DNA from: Macrostomum hystrix | Taxonomy: Eukaryota; Animalia; Platyhelminthes | Direction: 5' to 3' | DNA: 64,000 bases | Assembly: GCA_950097015.1 (NCBI GenBank) | Contig: CATNEN010000039.1 | Span: forward strand, 20,026,001 to 20,090,000 | Shown: piece after piece, positions 28,831 to 46,787 of the stretch | Layout of the letters: each line of letters starts with the position of its first letter | How positions within the stretch are numbered: the first letter of the stretch is position 1 | Notes under the pieces: generated by a model | What the model was told of the DNA's origin: nothing | The model's input: only the letters and a program-made list of their open reading frames with translations | Database searches by the model: none | Position numbers and translations under genes: made by a program

Positions 28831-29219
28831 AATAATAGTGGCACGTGGTAATGTTTATCTTCGTCCCTAATCTTTTTATAATACCTATACCTGTCACTCA
28901 GTTCAGAGCCCTTTATTGCGGGGGTTCTCCGTTTTTTTTCTGAATAGATAGCTAGTCTCAAGAAAACAGTATTTCTATTCTACAGGAGAGATTGGAGCTG
29001 CGTGCATTGACCAAGGCAGTTGTGACCGCTCGCTAGCACAGCTCAAGTTCATGTCACTTTGTGTGCGCTTAAGCAACTGTGTTCACTGGGTGACACTAGA
29101 TTTAAAGTTTATATTTACTCGATAGATTTATTTCCAGCTAGTTAAATATCTGAATTGTAGCACCTGAAAACGGCTATATAATTTAGATAATTAAGTTACT
29201 TCAACTACAAATACTCATG

Positions 29220-29376
29220 ATAATAATTGATTACACCTGCCCCAATTGGGTTAGATGCGCAGCCGCAGCTATTTGCTGGGGACGCCACATTCCACCCTCA
29301 ATTACCCCCAGCTAATTCTGGTACCACGGACCTTGAAGTCATGAGTCCGACCACTACAACTAACCATTAGGCTACA
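29220..29376 (-). mobile_element. Internally deleted CORE-like tRNA SINE copy, ATT-tail type
   Basis: Reverse complement of both the head (TAGCCTAATGGTTAG...GGACTCATGACTTCAAGGTC) and the tail (CCAATTGGGGCAGGTGTAATCAATTATT) of the 43222 copy. Confidence 0.75.
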
Positions 29377-29869
29377 TTCCACAATACTCATGATTTCAAC
29401 AAGTACATGAAATTTAATTCGATATCGTATATCAGGATTTTGCAAAAACTTTAATAAAAGATTAATATCAAATAGGTTAATCTTGAACTTGTTTATTTAC
29501 AAACGTAAATTAGCATTTGTCCCTAATGCATTAGCATTTCCAGCTACAAACTACTCGTATGTCTGTGCGTTCTAAAAACAAGCTCATGCAGCTGCATGTC
29601 TAGTGGCTTTTTAATCTAATTTAAGCTTGAAAACAATCTGATGCAACAAATAAAATACAGATTTTCTCTTTCGCTTTTTGGGAGAAGGAATAACAGTTTC
29701 AAATTAACTTAACAATCGATTTCTTATCATAAGGACTCTAGAATATTCGTGAATGATAAACTTGTACTTAGGCCAAAAAGTTTTGTACACCACGTTTGTT
29801 ATTCTGGTTATTATATAAATTTTAAATTTGTTTAAATAAATATACTACTGCAATTCATTCGACAACCTA

Positions 29870-31294
29870 CTACAGCAGTTTGGAGACATCCAGGTCGCCA
29901 AGGAATTCAGCAAATGACTGTGCATCGAAGCAGTCAAAGTCGTCAAATATCTGAGCCTCGCTGTTGCTGCTGCTGCTGCTGCTGCTGCTGGCAGCAGTGG
30001 CTTGCACCTGTCTGTGGCTCTCGTCGCACTTCTCCGACAAGCCAGCGCAGCATTCGAAGCAGCTGCAGTAGCAGCTCGCGTTGAAGCTTTCGATAACCGC
30101 TTCTTGATAACTTTGCTGTTTGATATCGATAAGTTCCTGAAACTGCTGCTGCTGCTTTCGCTTCCTTCTAGGCTGATACTTGTAGCCGGGATGGTCAGCC
30201 AGGTGCTGCTGCTTGAGCCGGTCAGCTTCAATGATGAAGGGCAGTTTCTCAGCCTGGGACATTGCGCGCCATCTGTCGCCTTGACAAAGCAAACACGAAA
30301 CAAAGTTGCAGGGATTACGATGAACATCTTACGTTTACTTTTTAATTAGAGACAATAGGCATAGCTCATGTTTTTCGGGACATTGAAAAAGACTGTCTCT
30401 TCTTACAAATAGGCTCTTCTTAGAGGTGACTTGAAAAAATTGGCAACTAAAACTATTGGTACTGTAGCGTTTAACGCCTGAAGTATAATGTATGTTTACG
30501 AAACATTGCGTTACAGCTGGAGTTCATTACAACTTGACTTGATGTTAAATGTGTTTAACGCAACACATGGCGTGTTAATTTACATCCACAAGGCCTTACG
30601 TTAAGGTTCGCCATTTAAACGTGACATACATTGTGATGTGTGTATGCGAGAATGTGAGCACACCAGACTGCTCTAAAAACCTGACGTTAAATTTATTTTA
30701 CAAAACCTGACGTTAGAGGTATTCTACAAAACCTGACTTAAAGGGTATTATACAAAACCTGACGTTAAAGGTATTCTACAAAACCTGACATTAAAGGTAT
30801 TCTACATAACTTGATTTTTAAGGTATTCTACAAAACCTGACTTAAAGGGTATTATACAAAACCTGCCGTTAAAATTATTCTACAAAACCTGACATTAAAG
30901 GTATTCTACAAAACTTGACGTTTAAGGTATTCTACAAAACCTGCATGGCGTTAAATTTGTTCTATAAGGCTTGAGGTTGAAGTTATATATTCTAAATTTC
31001 ACTTGAACATTAAATCTCACCCAGTATTCTGCTGAGCTGCACATTGTGCACATCTGGATTAGCTCTGGACATGCGATGCCTCTCAACTTTAGCCCACACC
31101 ATAAATGGATTCATTGGACGCGGTATGTGATTTTTCTTTCGCCTCCGAGGCTGTTGCTTAAACTGCTGCTGCTGCTGCTGCGGCTGCAGAGTTGGAGTTG
31201 GGAAACGATACTCCGAGGTCCACTTGTAGCCACCAATGCAGATTGAACCTGCATTGCTGACCCGATAGCATTGCCAACAATTGCAAGCTGTCAT
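29870..31294 (-). CDS. Sox-family HMG-box transcription factor (SoxE/SoxF-like, ~227 aa)
   Basis: Exons 31294-31021 and 30279-29870. [37 protein letters not shown]|[39 protein letters not shown], with a phase-1 intron inside the HMG box. Confidence 0.92.
30675..30943. repeat. Intronic ~27-bp minisatellite (AAAACCTGACGTTAAAGGTATTCTAC)
   Basis: About 10 degenerate copies in the Sox intron. Confidence 0.9.
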
Positions 31295-31904
31295 GATCAA
31301 AATTGGTCAGTTATCGAAAATGAAATTTTTTAAATTGAAACTCTAGAAAGGACCAACGCAACTCTTTAAATAGGCTGGTTACAAAAATTTTGCGAGTGGT
31401 AATTAAGATAGTTCAGGACTTATCTGTCTGCTCAACCTGCTCCTCAGGTTCCATGTCAAATCATTACCTTTCTATCGCTTGTCTCTCAGTACAACCCAGC
31501 TCAGCTAACTTGTCACACCTGGAAGTTTGATAAGAAGTGAGATTATAACATTTTACCGTGCGAAATTGTCGAGTTCATTTTAGGATTAGGAATTTGCAAC
31601 AGAGATTGCACACCACTTGCCTGGACATTACTGACACGGTTGATCCAAGTACTAGTTAATGTTTCGATGCCTTCTGCTGAACTATTTCAGCAGACTAGAG
31701 CTATAGAAGTCAATGAAATATTTTTGATTTGATGGATTTATAACGTTTTACCATTCTGTTCGAACATCGTTACTTTTATCGTTGCAACATCGAAAAAGAG
31801 TTTGAGATGAGCAATTAACAGTAGTAAAAGGACCAGGCTTTTAACCACCGGGGAGAGACCACGGTTCAAATGGATAAAAAATTTCCACACTTTGCGATGA
31901 ACAA

Positions 31905-32258
31905 ATCTTAAAGGTCGTCCGAGTCAGCATCGTCGTGCTGTTCAGCCGACTCTTGTCGAAGACCCTGGTGACAACAAGGACAACTATAAACAAGTTGCTC
32001 TGTATAAACTTCTATGGCAAATCCAAATTAACAATTCAATCAATCCAAAATAGTCAGCAATAATTTAGCCGACATGATAACATGATGCAATTTTCTGAGC
32101 AGAAAAATATGCCTTTTTTGGTAGCTAATGCCACTTGACACTCCGAAGAGGACAGTTGAATATCGATCTCGACAATGCGATGTTTTGTGATTCTGGAAGT
32201 TGTTTAATAGGATGTTTTGGGAGATACAGAAAAAAGTGGGTATTTGAAATAACCCCTG
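31905..32258. repeat. Dispersed repeat, probable old Tc1/mariner-type non-autonomous element
   Basis: GAGTCAGCATCGTCG...GACCCTGGTGAC..AAGGAC and GATYCTGGAAGTTGTTT...GGAGATACAGAAAAAAG recur at ~62990-63372 (+) and ~45698-45790 (-). The 63372 copy ends CACCCTG. Confidence 0.65.
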
Positions 32259-32284
32259 GTCTTTCTACTGTTGACGATCTAAAC

Positions 32285-32671
32285 CAGGGGTCGGCAAACT
32301 CCGGCCCGCGGGCCAGATGCGGCCCTCGAAGCTCCCAAATCCGGCCCGTTGCCCCTTCTGACATCTACAGTGTCCTGTTTCATCTCTCTCGTGTCTAATC
32401 TCTCCCGTGTCTCATCGCTCTCGTATCTAATCTCTCCCGTGTCTAATTTCTCCCGTGTCTAATTTCTCCCGTGTCTAATCTCTCCCGTGTCTAATCTCTT
32501 CCCTGTCTTATCTCTCCCGTGTCTCATCTCTCTCGTGTCCCATCTTTCCTGTGTCTAATCTCTCCCGTGTCTCATCTCTCCCCTATCTCATATTTATACA
32601 GTTAATGCGGCCCGCTGTCGTCTTTTAGGTTCTCTCTTTGGCCCGCCAGCAAATAAGTTTGCCTACCCCTG
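32285..32671 (+). mobile_element. Complete hAT MITE
   Basis: TIRs CAGGGGTCGGCAAACT / AGTTTGCCTACCCCTG. Perfect 8-bp TSD ATCTAAAC. Subterminal GGCCCGC motifs and an internal (TCTCATCTCTCCCGTG)n tract. Confidence 0.95.
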
Positions 32672-33497
32672 ATCTAAACAGTGTGCGTCTGAAGGTCGAT
32701 GGGGCACACTTACTCTTAATTGCCCGTTTTGTAACTGGTTGAACAACATAAATTAATAATTAATTCTTAAGGTCAATGACACTAATTGTTTGAGTGGGGA
32801 CGGGAATCGAACCTCCGACAGTAAATTTCGGATTTCGACAAACTTAATAGTTAAACTATAATATATCGATTAATTCATTATTGAGAATTAGATTCACAGC
32901 AAAATCTTCAAAAAACACGACAGAGTAAAGAAAATTGAGTAAATATAACTTCAACAGTGCAAACACACTGTAATTTTCTGATGTTAAAAATTACTATCAC
33001 GTGAGTGAGCTAACGGTAAACTTTATCAAGTCCGATTTGTTTTTCAACGCGTTTTTCTTTATTATTAATACTTTATTTAGCCCTTAACTCGCAACGAACA
33101 ATTTTATGACGTACCTGTCTGGGTCAAATTATCAAAGAAAAATGGTCGGTTTTTTCAACAAAAATAAACAAAAATATTTATGGTGAACTCATATAAACGG
33201 ATTTCATAGAAAGGATACCGCCTCCCTTGAATAGCTGATAAAACTGCGTCAGGAATTTTTACCATTCGCATTTACGACTAGACTCCTGCACTGATTAAGA
33301 TTTTGCAGTTTTTTGCTGTAATTTAAAGTTGCCACCGTCCATTTTTAAGCCTTTGACGGCGGCAATTTGTGCCGAAATTTTTACTGCTTTATACAGCTTT
33401 GCAGCTGCAGGAAATTATAAAATTGTACAGTTAGAATTATATGGTGTCTGTGAGGCTTAACTTATAGACTTTCAACTGGCTATCAAATATTAAGTCT

Positions 33498-33664
33498 AGG
33501 GGACCAGGATTTTAGTCAAAGAGGTCATCGGGACAGGGTTTTTGATCAAATTAGGTCATGGGGACCAGGATTTTAGTCAAAGAGGTCATGGGGACCAGGA
33601 TTTTAGTCCAAGAGGTCATAGGGACCATGCCAGATTTCAGTCGGAGAGGGACCAGGATTTCAGT
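33498..33664. repeat. Short 30-bp tandem repeat (GGGACCAGGATTTTAGTCAAAGAGGTCATG)
   Basis: About 5 degenerate copies. Confidence 0.85.
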
Positions 33665-33791
33665 CGTCAGACGCCTCGCCGCCCTAGAGAATCTGCAGAC
33701 CCGGAACCTCGGCGGACGTCGAGCTCTAGCAGTGCAGATGGCAAACATCACGGGCGTGCCAGTGCGATCATCATCACGAACAGCTCGGCAG

Positions 33792-34980
33792 GGGAGCCTT
33801 CGCGACCCCGAGCGCGCCTGGCGCGCTTCCCAATGCTGCCGCCTTCACGTGGCGGGACCGTCCGGACTCACCCCCGGCGAAGTGCAGCGCTCACCCTGGA
33901 CATCGTCTGGGGACAGGACACCTCGGGTTTTTTCGCGGGATCCAAGCGCGAAGCTGACAACGTGCCACCGCCTCCCCTATCGCCTAACAACAGGATCCAC
34001 TTCGCAGCGGAACTCGCCAAACCGACCAACCGGGAGGATCCCCCGCACGTCAGACGCCAAGCCGCACTGGAGACGCTGGACCGGCTTCCGGAACCCGCAT
34101 TGGAACTCTTGACCGACGGCTCGGCCTCCGGAGGCACTAATAGAGGCGGATCCGGTGCGGCCCTGTTCATCCGCGGAGCCGCGCCAATCTACCTGACTGC
34201 TCCAGCGGGCGCTTTCAGCTCTAATTCTTTTAGGGCGGAGGAGTGTGCCCTCCGCATTGGTCTCCTCGCAGCCCTGGAGCGCGTCCCATGGCCCGGTACG
34301 GCAGAACTGCGTTGCGCCACTGATTCGCAGGCCCTCATCCGATCGCTCGAACAAGGCCCGCACTCTCACCTGTCCCCCTGCTGCCGGGACATCTGGCGTA
34401 TCCTCCTCAAAGTCCCCGCGGACCACCACGTGACTATCCAATGGGTCCCAGGACAACTGTGACCTGAGGCGCAACGATCTGGCGGACAACCTCGCAAAAG
34501 ACGCCGCTAGACTCCCACAAGACCAAGCGGAAATCGACCTAAACAGTGCCAAGTCCGCGATCCGCCGCACACTGGCCGCCGTGGCTCGCGCTGCCTACGA
34601 AGCGGACCCGCACTGCCGGACGCACCGCGCTGCCTTCCGCGACGACCGCAGATCCGAGGCGACTCTCAGCAGACGCGAGCTGATCACGCTAGCGCAACTT
34701 CGCACGGGCCACTCGCCTCTGCTGGCCCAGTACCGCCACCGGATTGACCAAGAACAGCCCGCGTCCTGCGGGCACTGCGGACACCAGGAGGAGGACCTGA
34801 AGCATGCGATGCTGGAATGCCCAGCTCACGCCCAGACCCGCAACCGCGTCCTCGGCCCTAACCCGACGCTGGCCATCCTCTCCGACGACAGCCCCCGTGT
34901 CCTGTCCTATCTCCAGGCGATAGGGTCGCTGACCCGACCCCCGGACAGCTGCCCGGCCAGGAACGTCTAACTAACTAACT
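33792..34980 (+). mobile_element. 5'-truncated RNase H-bearing LINE (I/Ingi-like group)
   Basis: RNase H motifs LTDGS, FRAEECA, TDSQA, QWVPG, then a frameshift, then NDLADNLAK. Also LAQLRTGH and zinc knuckle CGHC..EDLKHAMLECP. (CTAA)n tail directly after the stop. 13-bp TSD AACAGCTCGGCAG at 33779-33791 and 34981-34993. Confidence 0.92.
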
Positions 34981-35972
34981 AACAGCTCGGCAGCGGCACG
35001 CGCGTCGAGCAAGCCGTGCAGGAGAAACCGTCATGCACTGCATGGAGGCACTGCAGTTCACCCAGTCTTGTTTCAAACTTTTCAGACAAAGTAGCTCAAT
35101 GGACTACGCCCAGAGAAGTCGGGGCCGTGACCAGCCCCAAGGAACGAGTAAACCGTTGGAATCAAGCACCACCACCACCAAATGGACTACTAAAACGCCG
35201 AAAGAATTGATCTCGAAGAAAAAGACGACGTTGGCGACTTAGCGGACCTGCTCCCTTATTATGCTGACAAGCGAGCCTTAAATGGCGGCCTATAATTCAG
35301 TCCATTTAACCGTTAGTATGTGCATGGCCAGTTGATGTGCTTGGCCGTGCCAATGAAGATCAGAGTTTGGCCATTCGCTTGTTGTCGTTTTTTCTAATTT
35401 GGCCAGTTTCAACTGCAGTTTGACCGACAGTAAAATATTACACAGATCATCGTTTTTCATTTTTGGTAGAATTCTAAAAAGATTCGTTTCATATTAGAAT
35501 TAATAACTATATTTATTATAAAAAACTATAAACAGAAAAATCTAACCGCAATCCATCTATTCAATCTATTCCAAAAAGAATTTCTGTGATTCAGCAGTTA
35601 CAATATAAAATATACAATATACAATAATTGCAACACCGCTATTCTTCTGCGATAGCTATACTCAAACAAAGTGTTTAAAGTAACAGAAAGTATCTGATGA
35701 AAACGTGTGTTCTTAGTTGTTATAAAGAGAGCAGTGAAAATACTTACATGATATGTATTTACTGTATGAGCTATAGACTAAATATTTATTGTTTTTTTGA
35801 AACGGTCAACATCACCTGACAAATCCCACAACACAACACGAATGAATAAAGTTAGGACACGTTAGGGATACCTTTATCTGTGCAGTTTTACAGTCTGTTA
35901 ATTTACAGCTTTTTCGCTTTTTGCTAGATTTTGGTTCTTTGCTACTAACATTCTCCATTAACATTCATACAA

Positions 35973-41937
<5,965 letters not shown>

Positions 41938-43221
41938 AAGTACATCCTTTGGATTCCGCCACAGTCCGGACCAAAGCGGAGGACGTTTGAATCAATAAAA
42001 AATTAAAAAATCAATCTGATAATTGATGATTTATTTTACTCTGGGGAGGAATGTGAAGTGGGATTTCATTTTACTGTTTCCTTCTGGTTCTCATCTTGTT
42101 TCTTTAACAAACTGGAATTTTCAATGTTTCCTTTGATTTTTCTTCCTTTTATTCAAATGGATTGATCAAGTGCAGTGATTAAAAGACAACTCGGAACAAA
42201 AAGTTATTGAAACCTTTCTAATCTTCAGTCAACAGAAAAATTGACATATTCTTCAATTATTTCCACCATTTGACTTTAAGATCTTTAATATCTAGGATTA
42301 ATATTTTCTGCTCTTCTGCTTTCTGCTTCTTCTCTGATCAGTTTTTTTCTTCATTCTAGTCAAAGGATTGGCTTCTGGAGTCTCCTTGGGTTTTTAAATG
42401 GGTTTTGTGTTTTTCGAGTCGTCTACCAGCGGCATGTCAGATGAATGTCAAACTGAGTCACTCACTTGTCAGTTATCTAAAGTGTCCGTTTGTGTTTTTT
42501 TTCTTCATTTGTTTTATCGTGTTCATGCAGTTCTCGCACTGTTTGTTCTATAAATAAATAAATATATACATACATATACCTATGCAAAACAACTTATAAT
42601 TTTTGTCTCATTTTTGTTTCTGCTGCTCTGGCTAATTCCTTATAAATAAAGTGCATATTATAATTATTCATACGCGTATAATGTTGTCATTGTATGCTGT
42701 TGTGCCTGCCTTGTCAATAATTATATCTTAGGATTAATTTTTATTACTGTTTATAAACTATTGTTTAAAGATTTAGTGGGATATTTTAATTTTGGTATGT
42801 AAAAAAGAGGAAAAACGAAGTTTATTCTAATTGGAACAGAAAAAATATTGTATGTCCTACATTATACGAGCTGGTGTTTGGCTATTCCTTTAGTTATTAA
42901 ATTTTAGTTGTCAGTTTTTTTTCGTTTCTCTACAATATTCCACTATGTTCATTGCTTTATTTTTATCCTGGTCTGTTGTTTCCCTTTTTTGCTGAGAAAC
43001 CCTTACTATTTTTTATTCTTTATTGTGCTGTCGTTTCGTCCGATTAGGAGTCCTTCCTGTTTAGTGTTTTTTTTAGTTTATTATCTAGTTTTTTAAGTTC
43101 AACCATAGAACTGTACGGTCTTAATCTTACCTAGCAATGAGTTTTTAAGTGTCGGAAAAATCAATTATTGTTTTGGGAATAGGTCGGATAGACAATAGTC
43201 AAATTATTTTGAGTGGTAAGA

Positions 43222-43527
43222 AGTTTTAGCCTAGTGGTTAGGGCGTCGGACTCACGACTTGAAGGTCAGGGGTTCGATTCCCGACTCCACTGGAACAATT
43301 TGTGTACTTTAGCAAGGCACTTAACCCTGCATTGCTTCAGTACACCCAGCTGTTAAATGGGTACCAGCATCAGCTGGGATAATTGAAGGTGGGTGTTGCG
43401 TCCCCCCAGTCCATGGACTGAACAGCCGTACGCAGCTTTCAGATGCGCCGCTCAATAGCTGCGGCTGTGCTGTCGGCTGCACATCTGGCCCAATTGAGGC
43501 AGGTGTAATCAATTATTATTATTATTA
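43222..43527 (+). mobile_element. Full-length CORE-like tRNA SINE, (ATT)n tail
   Basis: A box TAGCCTAGTGG and B box GGTTCGATTCC. Body is nearly identical to the 9899 copy up to TTCAGATGCGC, then a different tail. Confidence 0.88.
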
Positions 43528-44098
43528 ATAAAAAATATTAATTATTTTAGTGGTAATATGGTAAAAGTTCAATATAATTTATCGTCTCACCAAACTGTTC
43601 AGCTGATGTGCTTGTGACGTAACTGCGTACATTATTATTCTTCAATAGTTAAGCTTGCTCGCCAGCTGATCTGAAAACTCGTGTCTTGTGTTATTTTAAA
43701 AGTTCCTGTCGCTTCAATCTCCGCTTATTTAATTAGCTATTTAAGCTTTCGTTGTTGCATTCCTAATGTTTTCTGGGAAATATTGGCACATTTTTCAAAA
43801 TTGGTAGATTCTTATTTATATAGATTTTTTGAGGCTTCGTTTGATGATTCTCTTGTTTCTGACTATTGTTAATACGATTGATTTTAACGTAGTAAATTAA
43901 TATTTAGTAGGGGGCAGAATCACTATTTGTCCAGAATTTCAAAATGCGTTATAAGCTAGTTGTTTGTGCAAATAATAATACAAATTAATATTTCATTGTT
44001 AATTACGTCTCTCTGTTTATTGATGGCCGTCATTGGAAAAATTACTATAATTAAAAAAACTGAGTAATCAAGTGCTGCCTTGTGTTTTTCGTCTTGTT

Positions 44099-44368
44099 TA
44101 TTTAATCCCCAGCTTGGCCCGGCCTATTGGCTATTACGAGTCTGTGCATTTATTATTTAATCGGCCTAGGCCGATTAAACATATAGTCTATGGTTACAGT
44201 TGCTGTAAGCAGTTTTAGGTTTGCAATCTCGTGAGCCGGGCCAAGCTTTAGGATTAAATACTATAATACCCCCCTGAAATCGGGGGGGGGTATCTCGGCT
44301 TCGCCTCGGCCAAGAAACGCGTCCTCAGCCTTTCCTAGGCCAAAGAAACGAAATCAGGGGGGTATTAT
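44099..44368. repeat. Two abutting inverted-repeat (MITE-like) elements
   Basis: IR1: TATTTAATCC..AGCTTGGCCCGGC (44099-44123) / GCCGGGCCAAGCT..GGATTAAATA (44235-44260), with central palindrome TTTAATCGGCCTAGGCCGATTAAA. IR2: ATAATACCCCCCTGA (44263-44277) / TCAGGGGGGTATTAT (44354-44368). Confidence 0.8.
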
Positions 44369-44455
44369 TCTATACTTCTCTGGAAACAAACAGTGCCAAA
44401 AGGAATTGTATGAATTGTACATGTATTTAGTGATCATGCATAACAAACTTTGCAG

Positions 44456-46750
44456 CAGCAGCAGCAGCAGGCAACTATTCGCGTTGCCGAATTCTTCTCC
44501 GGCATTGGCGGCATGCATTGCGCCATGCAGCTTCTGGCCAGCCGACTGGGCCAGTCGTCAGCAACAGAAAAAGAAGACTCAACAGGCTGTAACCATGGCA
44601 ACATCAGCTATACACTGGCCGGAGCGTTTGACGTCAACAATATCGCGAACTCCGTTTACGAAAGAAATTTTCCCGGCATTCGAGTCTGCACAGCCTCGCT
44701 TGAGTCGATCAGTGTGGCCAGAATTCGAACTCTGGCGGCCGACCTTTGGCTAATGAGTCCGCCCTGTCAGCCGTTTAGTCGCCTTGGCAACCGGCGCGGC
44801 CTCGACGACGCCAGATGTAAACCGTTGCTACGCCTGCTGGAGGTGCTGGAGTCCCTGCCTGCTGAAGAACGGCCTCGCCGTGTACTACTGGAGAATGTGC
44901 AAGGCTTCGAGTCTAGCGAGGCTTCTCAACGACTGCTGGAGTGTCTGGATAAGTGCGGGTGAGAAGAGAGCAGGAATTCCTATTATAAGATCTGAGTTAC
45001 TCCCAAATGTTGTACCGGTCGTCCTGCTAACAATGCGGGATCCGGCGAACTCCAATATGAAGTCCAAGAATACTAGGTAGTGTAGTAGTAGCGCTGCCAC
45101 CACGGCGTCAGGACTTCTGCCTTCGGTGAGGTGAAGGATCCTTGGCCCATAGGGTCAGTGCAGAGTTAGAAAACACGTGATGGAATCACGTGGTTTATAA
45201 AAATAGCAACTGACGTCAGTGGCGCCAGAAACGTCACTCCTACGTAGGCTCCTGTCCCATAATCAAAGCCTTAAGTGCAGTAAACATGTTTACGTGCACT
45301 TTAAAAGACAAAGAGAGAGGCCAGTCACATGAGGAGAATCACGTGCTGACTGAGGGCAGACAAACACACAAAGAAAAAGTACAGGGAACAACGAAGCCAG
45401 CGCGGGACAAAGAGGTGATGACTCATCCCTGGGGGGGAGGAGACAGCACACTCAAAGTACAGGCGCGGCCAGGGAAGGGAGGGGCAGAGAGGGACAGACC
45501 AGACAACGCCAGAGAGGACGGGCCGGGCAGCCACTCAATGCCAGCAAAAGGGCACCTAAGCTACCTTGCAGGTGGGGCTACTGACAGCTAGTGAGACACC
45601 AATAGGCCCCTAAGCAGTGGCTCACTACACAAAGCAACAGGCCATTTTTATTTTAATTAAAACAGCTTCGCTATTGAGTATCTTACTGAGCAGTGTTAGG
45701 ATGTCCTTGTCACCAGCGTCTTCGGCAAGAATCGCTGAATATCTTGACGATGCTGACGTTGGACGTCTTTGAAAATTAGTTCATCGTTTAAAATGGTGGA
45801 AATTTTTTATCCATGTCGTGGACTTTCACTAAAATCGGTCCTTCTGTTTGGGAGCTATACCGTTGAAAATATTCAATCGTTGCAATCCGACCCGCGTCCA
45901 GTGTACATCAGCCCTTAATTCGAATCCGCTCCTCAGCTACGAGTATCGCCAGCTGCTACTCAGTCCGCTGCAGTTTGGCGTGCCGAATTCCCGTCTTCGC
46001 TACTACCTGCTGGCCTGGCTGCCGCCTACAGCCGGCTTGTCGACTAGGCCTGCGGCAGCTCGAATCCTGCCGGCTGGCGCCAAGATTATCGATCGGCCGC
46101 CAGCTTGGACGTCGATGCCGGCCTGTCCGTGCCCTGTCTGCACCGGCCGATTAAATCCGGATCGTCTAGATCACGATGCCCACCTGCGCTGCTACCGGCC
46201 CTACGCTAGGCCACTGTCTGACTACCTGTCAGCTGACGCAGACGCCGACTCTGCTCTGTACCTGAGCACACGCCAGCTTAGCCAGTTCTTTCTGGCGCTG
46301 GACATTCGTCAGCCTCGCTCTAGATCAACCTGCTGCTTTACTAAAGGCTACGGCAAACGAGTCGAGGGCACCGGCTCATTCCTGCAGACTAAGCGGCTTG
46401 GCTGCGGAAAGCCTAGTCACGATCGGGTCAAGATTGGCGGGCTGGCGATCGAAGGAGATACGGTTGCTTCTACTCATCAGAGTTCTTTGCCCGATGATCT
46501 TAGCGACGACGACGCTGTCGATGTCGAAGGCGACGCCGCGGGTCCTATTGATTCGGCAGGCCGGCTAGACTACGCCGAATCGTTGGGTCTGCGCTATTTT
46601 GCACCGGTAGAAGTGGCCGCCCTAATGCATTTTCCATCCGGCTACAGCTTCCCGGATCATTTGAGCCGGCGTCAGGCCTACCAGTTGCTAGGCAACAGTG
46701 TCAATGTGCTGGTGATTGCCCACCTGCTGACCTACCTGCTTTTGCCGTGA
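44456..46750 (+). CDS. TRDMT1: tRNA (cytosine-38-C5)-methyltransferase DNMT2; start codon not locally encoded
   Basis: Exons ~44456-44958 and 45937-46750. Motif I EFFSGIGG, IV SPPCQPFSR, VI ENVQGF, VIII PNSRLRYY, DNMT2 signature CFTKGYG, IX LRYFAPVEVA, X LLGNSVNV. Confidence 0.95.
45008..45629. mobile_element. Probable solo LTR in the DNMT2 intron
   Basis: 622 bp with termini TGTTGT...ACTACA, flanked by the 4-bp direct repeat CAAA (45004-45007, 45630-45633). TATA-like TTTATAAAAATA at ~45194. No recognisable coding content. Confidence 0.7.
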
Positions 46751-46787
46751 ATTTAACCTATTAAACTAGACAACTGACAATGCTGCG

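Noticed and set aside
26344-28870. Multiple Cys/Val/Gly-rich ORFs on both strands
   Set aside because: Artefacts of the 19-bp tandem repeat.
44450-46750. DNMT2 as the enzyme causing the CpG-depleted domains
   Set aside because: DNMT2 is established mainly as a tRNA C38 methyltransferase. Its proximity gives no evidence, and DNMT1/3-type enzymes are the expected source.
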